Source of the DNA: Eledone cirrhosa
Lineage: Eukaryota
NCBI GenBank assembly: GCA_964016885.1
Contig: OZ024749.1
Coordinates: 35,836,001-35,900,000, forward strand
Length of the DNA stretch: 64,000 nt
Direction of reading: 5' to 3'
The notes under the pieces are model-generated. The model was not told the DNA's origin, did not search any database, and worked only from the letters and a program-made list of their open reading frames with translations. Shown here in pieces: positions 1 through 13,130 of the stretch (the first letter of the stretch is position 1; the number at the start of each line of letters is the position of its first letter). The position numbers and the translations under genes were made by a program.

Positions 1-362
1 GTATGACTGACTGCATTTTATCATGGCACCAACACACCACCATTGCTCCATCTGAACTTCTGTATTGAGCTAGAACTAACACTTACAATATATTTTACAT
101 TAGCCCTTTACTATCTGTGTCATCTCAACTGGTTCTGGCTAACTTATAAATTAATTAGCGCCACATTGAAACAGATCTGGCAGAGAAATTAGTTTTAATT
201 CTCTAGAGATTCAGGTAACCATGAGCCAAATACTCTAACCATTTAGCTATGCAACTTCAAAACATTTATATAGGTTAATGTTTAATAAGCAGTAACACTA
301 ACACAGCATGCTTCATAACAGAAGTGTATAAGAAAGCGTTTATTATTATATATAAACATATT

Positions 363-540
363 TGGCAGAATCGGTAGAGAATTGGACACCATGCTTTTCA
401 GAATAGAGTTACGGCCCTTTACGGTCTGAGTTCAAATCCCGCTGAGGTTAACTTTGCCTTTCATCCTTACGGGGGTCGATAAAATAAAGCACCAGTAATG
501 TACTAGGGTAATTGCTGACTTCTGCCAAAATAGATACATT
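363..540 (+). mobile_element. tRNA-derived SINE family A
   Basis: A-box-like TGGCAGAATCGG, B-box GAGTTCAAATCC and core GAGGTTAACTTTGCCTTTCATCCTTACGGGGTCGATAAAATAAAG, recurring more than 12 times in the window. Confidence 0.85.
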
Positions 541-1955
541 ATTATACATAAGCATATTGTATATACTTTCATATACACTGCTATAGTTAATGTTCAAATC
601 TATATATGTGTGTATATATGTGTGTATGTAATGGGTGTGCATGTGTGTGTCTCACCTGTGTAACTATTCCTTCCTTGGCTAAAATTCTTCCTCTGTGAGC
701 AAAGTGTCTCAAATTTCAGTATCACTGCCAGTTAACCCTTTACAGTGGTCTGTACCATTTCAACAGTTTCTGAACAAATTATAACTTAATTAATGTCACA
801 CTGATGGATCTGACAGAGAAATTAGTTTTAATTCTCCACAGGTTCCTGTTAAATGAGTCAGATCTTGATTCAGGTCTGTAATTAAATTTTACTGGAATTC
901 TAAACTACAATTACAGCCAGAAGCCTTCTCACAGAATGGAATATATTTTTAAAGAGACAACTGCCACATTAATTTTGCCCTGGTCTTCATGCTGTTTCCT
1001 AATTGTTTAAATCATCCAAACTATTATCCTTGTATTCTTTCATACCTTTATACTTTTAATGGCCATGCTGGGGCACTGCAAGCTTTTATTATTGGTCTTA
1101 CACATACAAACACAGAGACCCAACACACAGATACACACACACAGACATAGAGGTCCAACTCACACATACACATATATAAGTTCTGCCAACAAGACAAAAT
1201 AATGAGTTAAACAGTTCTAAGGGAATGATTGAATATCCATCCATTTTCAGTTATTGGACTTTGATTAGCAGAGACGTTTTTCCTCAAGCTGAAATATTGA
1301 TGATTATTTCCAGAAAACTCTGTGTAAATATTTCAATCAACAAGATTAATTTCCCCAGGCAAAACTTTTATTCAAATTTCTTTTTATAAAATCTCAATTA
1401 CATAAGCTATATTTCATTTCTAAACAGAAACACTGACCGCCAACATATGTATAATAAATAAATGTTGTGTTTTATGAAGAATCATTTATTTCAAGTCAAC
1501 ATCAAATCTTCTGTTTATTCTCTTTTAAGATCAATTTACTTCTTATGTTTTTTAGCCCTTTTGATACTAAACCACCAAAATCCACCCTCTTTCTACCGTT
1601 CTAAGCTATTTGTGTTAAAATGTTTATATTTATCTAAAACCTTCCATCATAAATTTATGTTAAGAACTTTTTAAAGTGATGCTCAAAACACCAACTTAAT
1701 AATGAAAAAGTTAGTTATTTAACTAAATCTCTTCAAAATATTGATTATTTTCAAATTGATTTGAAAACCATAGGAAGTGGAAATTGGTAACAAAACGGTT
1801 GAAGTTTATTATACACATTTCTTTGAAATGTCTATGGGATGCTCAGCCAGTTACAGGTTAATTTCACAAGTCAAACAACTGGAACACTTATGATTGTCAA
1901 AAATAATGGAGATCCATTCTGTCTTTTGTTTCTCTTGCAATAAAAGTTTAACCAT

Positions 1956-2376
1956 GTTTAACTTTGCCTTTCATCCTTACGGGGTCGATAAAATAAAACA
2001 CCAGTAATGCACTAGGGTAATAGCTGGCCTTGTGCCAAAAGTAGAAACAATTATTTAGTTATGGCCCTTTATGTTCTGAGTTCAAATCCCATGGCTAGCC
2101 TTGGGCCAAAAGGTAGAAACAATTATTATTATTGTCTGGTTGTAGGGCAGTGGATTGGCAGTATCAGTAAAGCATCAGACACCATGCTTTACAGCATAGA
2201 GTTATGGTTCTTTATGTTGAGAGTTCAAATCCCACCACGGTTAGTTTTGCCTTTCATCCTTACAGGGTTAACAAAATAACGCACCAGTAATGCACTGGGG
2301 TAGATTTAATCGGCTTCCTCTCCCCCCTCAATTTTTGGCATTGTGCCTATAGTAGATTTCATTATTGTCTGGTTGT
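1956..2376 (+). mobile_element. SINE family A cluster (two fragments plus a full copy 2144-2360 with TSD)
   Basis: Same core. 16-bp direct repeat ATTATTGTCTGGTTGT at 2128-2143 and 2361-2376. Confidence 0.85.
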
Positions 2377-2679
2377 CTGTGATGAAGATAATAAAGTAAG
2401 AATACAGAAAATAAGTTTAGTAAATCATCTCAGCAGTAATTACTGGAGAGGTTTTAATCTCATCTGAACAACAAAACATTGGTAAGCTTCAAAACATATT
2501 CATTAGACTTCATTTATTATGAGAAACACTTTAAAGAAATGTTTTTATTCATAGAAAGCTGTCTGTTGAATTTCCATAGCTACTTTTGTCTATTTTTGGT
2601 CTCTCTCTTTAACCTTGGAATTACCATTATTCCTGGGTGGATGTGACGAAAGATAGAATCAGCTAATATACATACACAC

Positions 2680-3448
2680 ACATAGTTTCTCTCTCTCACG
2701 TGCACACACACACACACACACACACACAAGCACACACACAAGCACACTCTCTCTCTCTCTCTCTCTCACTCTCTCTCTCTCTCTCTCTTGCGTGCACACA
2801 CATAGGCACACACATAGACCCACACACACACACACACACACAGACACACAAGCATACACACAAACACACACACTCTCTCTCTCTCTCCTCACATGCACAA
2901 AGACACACACACATACACACAAACAAACACACACACCCACAGACACCCACAGACACACACACACACACAGACACAAACACACATACACACAAACAACCCC
3001 CCCCCCCCCACACACACACAGACACACACACACACAAACACACAAACATGCACAGATATACACACACACACTCTCTCTTTGTGGTGAAAGCTACAATATA
3101 ACTGTCATTAGTTACAGCTACTAACAAACAAACCAGATAGCTTCAATAGCTATGGAAAGTTTTATATGTGACTGTTTGCTAGAAGAATACATAGAGTGAA
3201 AGAGAGAGAGAGAGACATTACAAGACTATATTTAACAGAATATAACACTTCCATGGAAAGAAGGAAATGGCTAGAGAAAATTAGCAAATGTTTTTCTCTG
3301 TCTGACTGCAGAGAGTAACTTTAAGTTTGTGTGGTTTGTACATAAATCATCTGATACTACCAGAGCTATTTACAATTTTGTGAGCCATTGTAAATACTTT
3401 CAGATACCTTAAACTCTATTAGTATATTACTCTATAGATTTGGTGATG

Positions 3449-3480
<32 letters not shown>

Positions 3481-3615
3481 ATGTGTGTGTGTATGTGTGT
3501 GTTTGTGTTATGTATATGCATATATATATATATCATCATCATCATCATCATTTTACGTCCGCTTTTCCCTGCTTGCAAGGGTATATACTTATATATATAT
3601 ATATACATATATATA

Positions 3616-3675
<60 letters not shown>

Positions 3676-3738
3676 TTTATACATATATATATATACATAT
3701 ATACATATATATATATATATATTTTAATATATATATAC

Positions 3739-3769
<31 letters not shown>

Positions 3770-3912
3770 CATATATATATGTGCATATATATACACAATA
3801 TATACATATACATATATATATACATATCTATACATATATGTATATGTATATATATATGTATATATATATGTATATATATATATTTATACATATATATATA
3901 TATGCATATACA

Positions 3913-3958
<46 letters not shown>

Positions 3959-4005
3959 CATATATATACATATATATATACATATATATATATACATATA
4001 CACAC

Positions 4006-4042
<37 letters not shown>

Positions 4043-4092
4043 CATATATACATATGTATATATACATACATATATATATATGTGTGTGTGTA
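2680..4092. repeat. (CA)n/(CT)n and (TA)n microsatellite fields
   Basis: Tracts at 2680-3078 and 3450-4092, with unique sequence between them. Confidence 0.9.
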
Positions 4093-4712
4093 TAATGTAG
4101 ATATTTAACTGAACTGTGATTTAGACAGGGGCCTATTACATAGTTACACTCTAGCTTTTAACATCCTCCCAGGCTACAAGAACTCCTCATAAAGCTGCCA
4201 CTTAACTCCAGATTCAATAGCATTAACACTTTTGATATCAAACCACATGAAGTTTCTCATGGTTCTATTATACAGAGCTATTTTTATCAAAATATTTTTA
4301 CATTTCTCTAAGAACCTTTCTTAAGTTATGCTCCAAACACCAACTCAATAATGAAAATGTTAGCTACATTAATAAATCCATCGAAATTCCTCATTATTTT
4401 CAAAATTATTTGAAAATTATAGTAATAAAATAGTTAAAGTGTTAACTAGCTTTTAAAATTCTCCCAAACTGCAAGAACTCATAAAGTTGCCATTTAACTC
4501 AATATTGAAAAGTATTAATCATTTTGATACCAAAATGCCTGAAACTGCTCCTTGGTTCTGATACATAAAATTATAATTTTATGTAAGAACTTTTGTTAAG
4601 TTATGTTTGAGACACCTACCTCTAAAGAGAGTTACAGGTTTGAAATTGTATGGATAGTCACAGTTGAGGGAAGTTGTTTTCCTACTTGCCATATTCAGAC
4701 AGTTAGATTCTA

Positions 4713-4791
<79 letters not shown>

Positions 4792-4981
4792 AGCATTAAT
4801 ATTACACATCCAACAGAGCATATATATATGTGTTTGTGTATTCATATTTCTTACAACATAGCTATCATATTTCAGCAAAGCAAGAGGAAAGTTCACTATG
4901 CTTTTTTCATATAAGTAATGTGGTTCATCATAGATGTTGTTATTTTGGTTACCTATATATATATGTATATATATATATATT

Positions 4982-5039
<58 letters not shown>

Positions 5040-5111
5040 ACATAACATCATTTTACGTCCGCTTTTCCCTGCTTGCAAGCAGGGAAAAGCGGACATAAAA
5101 TGATAATGATG

Positions 5112-5142
<31 letters not shown>

Positions 5143-5980
5143 CACACACCCATGCTAGCGTGGAAGATGGACATTAAACGATGATGATGATATATATATA
5201 TATATCCGCATATATATATACAAATGCTTATATATATACATATATATATATATCCACACATACTTATGTTTATATATATATATTTATAATTATACACATG
5301 CACACACACACAGGCACACACACACACACGCACATATATATATATATATATATATATAGTATGTGTGAAAATAAATATTGCTTGTACCACTAACCAAGAC
5401 ACAAGGCTGTGAACTTACAAATAACATTTTAATACAATAATAACATCTAACCTCACCTGCCCTCACTACCACAATAACACACAGTCACACTGCCATACCA
5501 CTAGCCTACCATCTTCCACCTCTAATAATAGCCTCAGACACCAAATAAATTTACACACTTCACATTTATATTGATGAGATATCCAACAAATCTGCTCTGT
5601 TTCTCACCATCTCATATCGACTTCAATTACGTCATTTTCAATAAATCTATGGCCGACAGTTCGACAGTTAGAAAAAGAGTTGTTTTTGCCCTCATCACTA
5701 ATTAATTATGTCTAGAAGATTATTGAACAAAGTCAGCAACAATTATTAAAGTGGAAATTTTAATTATAAAATTTTCCAATTCCAAGAGTTTTCATTTACA
5801 ATCCAGTCTTTAGAAATATTTACTTCAGTTAGTAGAGGTTAATCTCTCATATCTTATTTCTATAATGTATAAAGAATGTATTGTTTTATATATTCACAAA
5901 CACATACACACACAAACATATATATATATATACACATACAATATATTAACAAATGGAAACTATATTTATAAAACCATATT

Positions 5981-6046
5981 TATTTTATTATACATATTTC
6001 AAGGGCCACCAAGGCAAATTATGGTGCGCCTTCATCAGATAAAATA
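5981..6046 (-). ncRNA. Type I hammerhead ribozyme motif (Penelope-like element type)
   Basis: Minus strand reads TATTTTAT-CTGATGA-AGGCGCACCA(loop)TGGTGGCCCTT-GAAA-TATGTA-TA-ATAAAATA. It has an intact CUGAUGA/GAAA core, an 8-bp stem I, a stem II, a self-complementary stem III (AUAUGUAU with G-U pairs) and an AUA cleavage triplet. Confidence 0.75.
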
Positions 6047-6300
6047 CAATACAGATTTGTTTTATAAATAAATATTGACATACCCTGAAAAAAGACAACC
6101 TTAACGGTTGGAGCTTCCTGGATAGTGCTTTATATCAGTTATAAAAATGTTTAAGCTTGTTGAATCCCAACAAATTAAATATAACCTCTGCATATATATA
6201 TATATATATAATGGAAAAATTTGAACAGGGACAAAACAGAGAGGCAGTACAACGAATGTTTATTAATTTCACACTCTGGAGAGTGAGGTGTTGGTGGGGG

Positions 6301-6334
6301 ACGACGTTTCGGGCATAAGCCCTTCCTCAGGTGA
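6301..6334 (-). ncRNA. Minimal hammerhead-like motif in a probable Penelope pLTR remnant
   Basis: Minus strand: CTGAGGA-A-GGGC-TTAT-GCCC-GAAA-CG-TC. Core, stem II and ACGT palindromic stem III are present, but stem I is only 2 bp. AATAAA and a (TA)n tract follow on the same strand. Confidence 0.55.
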
Positions 6335-6695
6335 GAAGTGTGTGGGAACAGAGTTCAAAGGGTGTGTAGGGGAGTGGTGGAGAGACATATAGCGAAAGGA
6401 AACGGTGCGAATGAAAAAAATATAAAAATAAAAATAAAAATAAAATTAAAGCATGTGTGTATGTGGGTGTGTTTGCTTGTTTGTATATATATATATCCTG
6501 TTATTACTTAAGAGAGGTCTGACGAACCTTTGATTCCAGAGTTGGGCCAGACCGATACAGATCGAACCTTGAGCTGATCAATAGCAAAATGTGTCACCAA
6601 TCAATAAACGTAATGAAGGCTTAACCAATTCTCCTTGTATCATTATTATTATTATTATATATAAATAAAGGAAACATTATTATTATATATATATA

Positions 6696-7038
6696 ATGTC
6701 AATGTGCGTGAACGACCAAGAATAGACGAGTTGAGAAAGAAACTGGGTATAAGAGGGATAAATTGTGGTGTGCAGGAGAGAAGGCTGAGATGGTATGGAC
6801 ATGTGATACGCATGGAGGATGACGGCTGGGTAAAGAAGTGCCAAGAAATGCCAGAAGAAGGAAGACACAGTAGAGGTAGATCACGTAAAACATGAGCAGA
6901 GGTGGTGAGAGCAGACCTCAAATTGCTGAAACTCACCGAGGAGATGACGAAGGACCGTGGCAAGTGGAGAGATGATGTGTTGAATAGGATCCGTCCAGCC
7001 CTTGCAAGCAGGGAAAAGCAGACGTAAAATGATGATGA

Positions 7039-7040
<2 letters not shown>
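6696..7040 (+). mobile_element. RTE-clade LINE 3' fragment
   Basis: ERRLRWYGHVIRMEDDGWVKKC...GRSRKT*AEVVRADL is typical of an RTE ORF C-terminus. In-frame stop and (ATG)n tail. Confidence 0.9.
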
Positions 7041-7089
<49 letters not shown>

Positions 7090-7121
7090 AAGCTATTGTA
7101 TGTTAGAGTGTAATTAGAATC

Positions 7122-7156
<35 letters not shown>

Positions 7157-7904
7157 GATTCTTTAATCGGAATGTCTCGAGTGGTAGATTTGTGAAAGAC
7201 TCTGAGTAGTCTAACCCTCAAGTACCTGTATTTCTGATGAAATACACTGTCTTTGAATTAATTAATTAAGAATTTATTAAAATAATTAATTATTTCATAA
7301 TTAAGTTAGTATATGTAACTTAATTTAACATAGGGATCTTATATAAATTAATGGTTTTTATATATATAAATGGTTCTTATATAAATTAATGTTGGAAGAT
7401 ATTCATTTAAATATGAACCCTTTAAAATGAGTGGTTTGTTTCATGGCACAGGAACAGGTTTTGATCAGGTTAGCATCAAATGGGTTAATTAATTCTGTAA
7501 GTGTTATAGGTAGGCTTAATTAGGGATGAGCTGGAAATAAATAATAACAATATCAACAATGGTAACAACGACATCATCAGCAACAACAGCAACAACAAAT
7601 GTAATGTGCATATTTTATATCACCTAAATGTTTCTGATTTTTTTTATATAATTTAATATTTAAAACATTTGAAAATGAAAGAAATCAATTGTAAAACAGT
7701 GTGGGGAAGGGGTAGGGAAGATCTGAAGAATTTGGTGGGTGCCAATTCCAAACGGCTTTGATGAGATAGAAATGCCTTTATTTCACACACACACACAAAC
7801 ACACACACATACATCTATATATGTATGCATCAGTGGGTGGATGTGTGAAGGTATGTGCGTGTATATATATATATATATGTATATATAAATATATAAATAT
7901 ATAA

Positions 7905-7942
<38 letters not shown>

Positions 7943-8138
7943 CTGTATGTGTGTATGCATATGAATGTATGTATATATGTATATCTATGTATGAATATAT
8001 GAATGTATGTATGTATATATCTGTGTGTGAGTGTGTGTATGTGGTTGAATGTATGTATATATGTATATTTATGTATGAATATATGAATGTATATATATAA
8101 ATGTATATATCTGTGTGTGTGTGTGTGTGAGTGTGTGA

Positions 8139-8174
<36 letters not shown>

Positions 8175-8983
8175 TTGAATGTATGTATATATGTATATCT
8201 ATGTATGAATATATGAATGTATGTATATATGTATATATCTGTGTGAGTGTGTGCGTGTGTGTTTGAATGTATGTATATATGTATATCTATGTATGAATAT
8301 ATGAATGTATGTATATATATATATCTGTGTGTATGTGTGTGTGTGTGTGTGTATGCATATGAATGTATGTATATATGTGTGTGTGTGTTTGTGTGTGTGT
8401 GTATGTGTTTGAATGTATGTATATATGTATATCTATGTATGAATATATGAATGTATGTATATATGTATATATATCTGTGTGGGGAGGGGGGTATGTATGT
8501 GTGTGTGTATATACATATGTAAATGTAAATTGTGTGATGTCTTTGAAATGATATGCCACCATAGCACCATTAATTCCTCATTAGAGATTAACATATGTAC
8601 TTCAAAGTTCTACCAAAATTATATTCCCCAGAAAATAAAAGGAAAAATAAGTAAATAAATGTAATTATCAAATTCCGAATTGAAATTTTCAAAGAAAATT
8701 AATTTCATCTAATATCTTTTACCAAACTCTCAACATTCCACCTTTTGTTCTTCTGTGAATATCCCATGGAATGGTACTTCAGTTGTTATGGTTGCTGTTG
8801 GTGTGGCAGTGGTGGTTGTGTTGTTGGTGATGGTTATAGTGAATGGTAATTGTATTGTTGTTATTGTCATTGGTGTTGTGTGGTGGATGTTGTAGTTGTT
8901 GTAGTAGTAGTAATGGTGGTGGTGGTGGTGGTGGTGGTGGGATAAAAAAATAAAAAAATAAAAATAAATAATAATAATAATAA

Positions 8984-9125
8984 ATTTCCACTTTTTGGCA
9001 CAAGGTCACAAAATATCCAGTACATTGCTGGTACTTTATTTTATCGACCCCGTAAGGATGAAAGGCAAAGTTGCCCTCAGCAGGTCAACTGAGGTCAACT
9101 TTACCTTTCATCCTTATGGGGTCAA
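8984..9125. mobile_element. Head-to-head inverted SINE A fragments
   Basis: Minus-strand 3' half (to about 9080) is immediately followed by plus-strand core, forming an imperfect hairpin. Confidence 0.75.
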
Positions 9126-9185
9126 TAATAATAATAATAAAAATAAGAGTAATAATAATAATTATTATTATTCAATAATTATTCA

Positions 9186-10095
9186 GGCGGTGGATTGGCA
9201 GTATCGGTAGAGTGTCGGGTGCCATGCTTTGGCGCATAGAGTTACGGCCCTTGCCATTCAGAGTTTAAATCCCGCCGAGGTTAACTTTGCCTTTCATCCT
9301 TACGGGGGTCGATAAAATAAAGTACCAGTAATACACTGGGGTAATTGCTGGCCTTGTGCCTAACGTAGAAACAATTATTATTCAATAAAATAAAGTACCA
9401 GTAATGCACTAGGGTAATTGCTGGCCTTGTGCCTAAAGTAGAAACAATTATTATTCAATAAAATAAAGTACCAGTAATGCACTAGGGTAATTGCTGGCCT
9501 TGTGCCTAAAGTAGAAACAATTATTATTCAATAAAATAAAGTACCAGTAATGCACTAGGGTAATTGCTGGCCTTGTGCCTAAAGTAGAAACAATTATTAT
9601 TCAATAAAATATAGTACCAGTAATGCACTAGGGTAATTGCTGGCCTTGTGCCTAAAGTAGAAACAATTATTATTCAATAAAATATAGTACCAGTAATGCA
9701 CTAGGGTAATTGCTGGCCTTGTGCCTAAAGTAGAAACAATTATTATTCAATAAAATAAAGTACCAGTAATACACTGAGTAATTGCTGGCCTTGTGCCTAA
9801 AGTAGAAACAATTATTATTCAATAAAATATAGTACCAGTAATACACTGGGTAATTGCTGGCCTTGTGCCTAAAGTAGAAACAATTATTATTCAATAAAAT
9901 ATAGTACCAGTAATACACTGGGTAATTGCTGGCCTTGTGCCTAAAGTAGAAACAATTATTATTACTATTATTATTATTTTTGCCGAGGTTAACTTTGCCT
10001 TTCATCCTTACGGGGGGGTTGATAAAATAAAGTACCAGTAATACACTGGGGGTAATTGCTGGCCTTGTGCCTAAAAATAGAAACAATTATTATTA
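9186..10095 (+). mobile_element. Full SINE A followed by 8 tandem 72-73-bp copies of its 3' end and another truncated copy
   Basis: Head GGCGGTGGATTGGCAGTATCGGTAG at 9186. The TTCAATAAAAT motif recurs at 73/72-bp spacing from 9381 to about 9960. Confidence 0.9.
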
Positions 10096-10369
10096 TTAGT
10101 AGTAATAGTAGTAGTAGTTATGGTGGTGGTAGTGGTGGTAATAATATATGTAGTAGTAGTAGTAGTAGTGTGGTGGTAGGAGCATTAGTGATAGTAGTAA
10201 TAGTAGTAGTATTAGTAGTGTCTGCTGCTGCTGCTGCTGTTGTTGTTGTGTATTAATGCAGTATTGATGTGCATCTGTTGGTACACTGTATCAATAACAC
10301 CCTTTGGTGCAGTTGTAATGGAATTTTGATACAGTTATTGTCATAGTTCCAATTGGGGAGTTAAGAACA

Positions 10370-11114
10370 TGATGATGATGATGATGGTGATGGTGGTGAC
10401 AGTAATGGTGGTGGTGACAGTGATGGTGGTGGGGATGGTGGTGGTGACAGTGATGGTGGTGGTGGTGGTGACATTGATGGTGGTGACAGTGATGGTGGTG
10501 GTGACAGTGATGGTGGTGGGGATGGCAGTGATGGTGGTGATGGTGGTGGTGACATTGGTGGTGGTGGGGATGGCAGTGATGGTGGTGACGGTGGTGGTGG
10601 TGGTGGTGACATTGATGGTGGTGGTGGTGGTGATGGTGGTGATGGTGGTGATGGTGGTGGTGACAGTGATGGTGGTGGGGATGGCAGTGATGGTGGTGAC
10701 ATTGATGGTGGTGGTGGTGGTGGTGGTGGTGACAGTGATGGTGGTGGTGGTGGTGACATTGATGGTGGTGACAGTGATGGTGGTGGTGGTGACATTGATG
10801 GTGGTGGTGGTGGTGGTGGTGACAGTGGTGGTGGTGGTGGTGGTGGTGGTGGTGGTGGTGGTGACAGTGATGGTGCTGCTGGTGGTGGTGGTAACAGTGA
10901 TGGTGGTGGTGGTGTCAGTGATGATGATGGTGAGGACAGTACTGATGGTGGTGGTTGGTGGTGGTGGTGGCAGTGATGGTGATATTGATGATGGTGTTGA
11001 TGACAGTGACGATGATGATGATACTGGTGGTGTCAGTGGTGGTGGTGACGAGGGTGATGATGACAGTGATGATAATGGTGGTGGTGGTGATGGTAACGAG
11101 GATGATGCTAGTGC

Positions 11115-11148
<34 letters not shown>

Positions 11149-11150
11149 AA
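10370..11150. repeat. (GGT/GAT)n compound microsatellite
   Basis: Directly visible. Confidence 0.95.
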
Positions 11151-11334
11151 TGCAACATCTCTGACATAATCATAACATAGTTTTTAATGAATGTTTATTG
11201 CTCATCACTAAACCTGTTTCATCACCCTCACTATGACCACGACCATTATCATCATCATCATCATCATCATCATCAGCGTCATCACCACTACCATTACTAT
11301 CATCATCGTCATCACTATCCTCATCATCTGTAAT

Positions 11335-11562
11335 CCTGCCGAGGTTAACTTTGCCTTTCATCCTTACAGGGTCGATAAAATACCAGTAATACATTGGGTA
11401 TTTGCTTTCATCTTTCATCCTTACGGGGTCGATAAAATAAAGTACCAGTAATACACTGGGTATTTGCTTTCATCTTTCATCTTTACGGGGTCGATAAAAT
11501 AAAGTACCAGTAATACACTGGGATAATATGCTGGCCTTGTGCCAAAAGTAGAAACAATTATT
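11335..11562 (+). mobile_element. Truncated SINE A with triplicated core
   Basis: CTTTCATCCTTACGGGGTCGATAAAAT...TACCAGTAATACA occurs three times, then the normal tail. Confidence 0.8.
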
Positions 11563-11629
11563 GCTGTATTTATCATCATGTTTGCACTAGTGTGTGTGAA
11601 TCTATACATAACTAAGATACAGATATATT

Positions 11630-12410
11630 GTAACTGATGTGACACAGATGTGGGACACCTGGCATGACACAGGTCTGGTGTGACAGATGTGTCACAGACG
11701 TGGTGTAACTGATGTGACACAGATGTGGTGCAACTGATGTGACAGTTCTCGTGCGACTGACCTGACACAGATGAGGTGTAACTGATGTGACACAGATATA
11801 TTGTGACTAATGTGACAGATATAGTGTGACTGATGTGCCACAGATGTGACATAGATCTGGTGTGACTGATGTGACACATATATATTGTGACTAATGTGAC
11901 ATATATATTGTGACTGGTGTGACACCGATGTGACATATATCTGGTGTGACTGATGTGACACAGATATATTGTGACTAATGTGACAGATATAGTGTGACAG
12001 ATGTGACACAGATATATTGTGACTAATGTGACAGATATAGTGTGACTGATGTGACACAGATGTGACATAGATCTGGTATGACTGATGTGACACAGATGTG
12101 ACATAGATCTGGTGTGACTGATGTGACACAGATATACTGTGACTAATGTGACAGATATAGTGTGACTGATGTGACACAGATGTGACATAGATCTGGTGTG
12201 ACTGATGTGACACAGATATATTGTGACTAATGTGACAGATATATTGTGACTGATGTGACACAGATATGACATAGATCTGGTGTGACTGATGTGACAGATA
12301 TATTGTGACTAATGTGACACAGATATATTATGACACAGATGTGGTGTAACTGATGTGACAAATATATTGTGACTGATCTGACACAGATGTGGTGTGATTG
12401 ATGTGACCCT
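11630..12410. repeat. Mosaic GTGACTGATGTGACACAGAT minisatellite
   Basis: Shuffled 10-25-bp subunits built on TGTGAC. Confidence 0.9.
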
Positions 12411-12467
12411 ACCAGGCTGAAATAATTGTGATTATCTGTTGTTGCAACTACACGGTTTCTCTGTCAT

Positions 12468-12690
12468 TTAACCCTTTCATCTTTAACGAACTACACTCTA
12501 ATTAAAGTAATTAATGAAGAATTTCTTAGGGATTCGCTAAAATTACTAATTATTTCATTAATAGAATACTTACTTAAAAAATAGTTCTTATATAAAATTA
12601 TGCTGGGAGAATTAATTTTATATACAAACCGCAGGTTTTCCTCCATAGAACCAGAACCAGTTTTGGCTGAGTTGGTATCAGAATGGTTAA
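12468..12690. mobile_element. piggyBac-like MITE2
   Basis: TTAACCCTTTC...GGTATCAGAATGGTTAA. Related diverged copies at about 1551-1803, 4223-4437, 7230-7488, 17210-17310, 18235-18430 and 55216-55370. Confidence 0.7.
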
Positions 12691-12769
12691 AGCACTAAAA
12701 TAACTTTTACAACTGTAGGCAAAGTAGAAGTTTAGACATAGTTTTGTATCTAGAATTAATTCATATATA

Positions 12770-13117
12770 TCATCATTTCATTTCATCATTTCATTTTACG
12801 TCCGCTTTTTCCCTGCTTGCAAGGGTGGGACGGGAACTGATTCTGGCTTGATTTCTACAGCTGGATGCCCTTCTTAACACCAACCTCATTTACAGTGAGT
12901 GCTGGATGCTTTTTTGCCGTGGCACCTCCACGACCACTTTACAGTGGAATGATAGGGACCCCAGTCCCTATCATCTCATTTCTACAGCTGAGTAAACTGG
13001 AGCAATGTGAAATAAAGTGTCTTGCTCAAGGAAACAACACATCACTCGGTCTGAGAATTGAACTCACAACCTTTTGATTGCAAGGCCAATGCTCTAACCA
13101 CTAAGCCATGTGCCTCC
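12770..13117 (-). mobile_element. tRNA-derived CORE-like SINE family B with RTE-type 3' tail
   Basis: Minus strand: head GGAGGCACATGGCTTAGTGGTTAGAGC...GAGTTCAATTC, CORE-like TCCTTGAGCAAGACACTTTATTTCAC, tail CCCTTGCAAGCAGGGAAAAAGCGGACGTAAAATGA matching the RTE end near 7000. Confidence 0.85.
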
Positions 13118-13130
13118 ATATATATACTAT

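Noticed and set aside
2659-4108. Long ORFs (HT, VC, YI repeats) here and at 33146-35111 and 52808-53804
   Set aside because: Translations of dinucleotide microsatellites, open on several frames and both strands.
4151-4620. Old tandem duplication of about 296 bp including a MITE2 copy
   Set aside because: Real but highly diverged, with no functional signal.
6515-6560. Hammerhead at CTGACGA
   Set aside because: No GAAA at the required position after a stem II.
10361-11169. Proline-rich extensin-like or valine-rich ORFs (also 18747-19395, 22427-23008, 49998-50763, 58515-58934)
   Set aside because: Trinucleotide microsatellites lacking stops, with no domain or splice support.
13040-13117. tRNA gene (also 32554, 43830-43900, 63200-63276)
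   Set aside because: A and B boxes are present, but the sequence continues into SINE bodies and has no proper acceptor stem.
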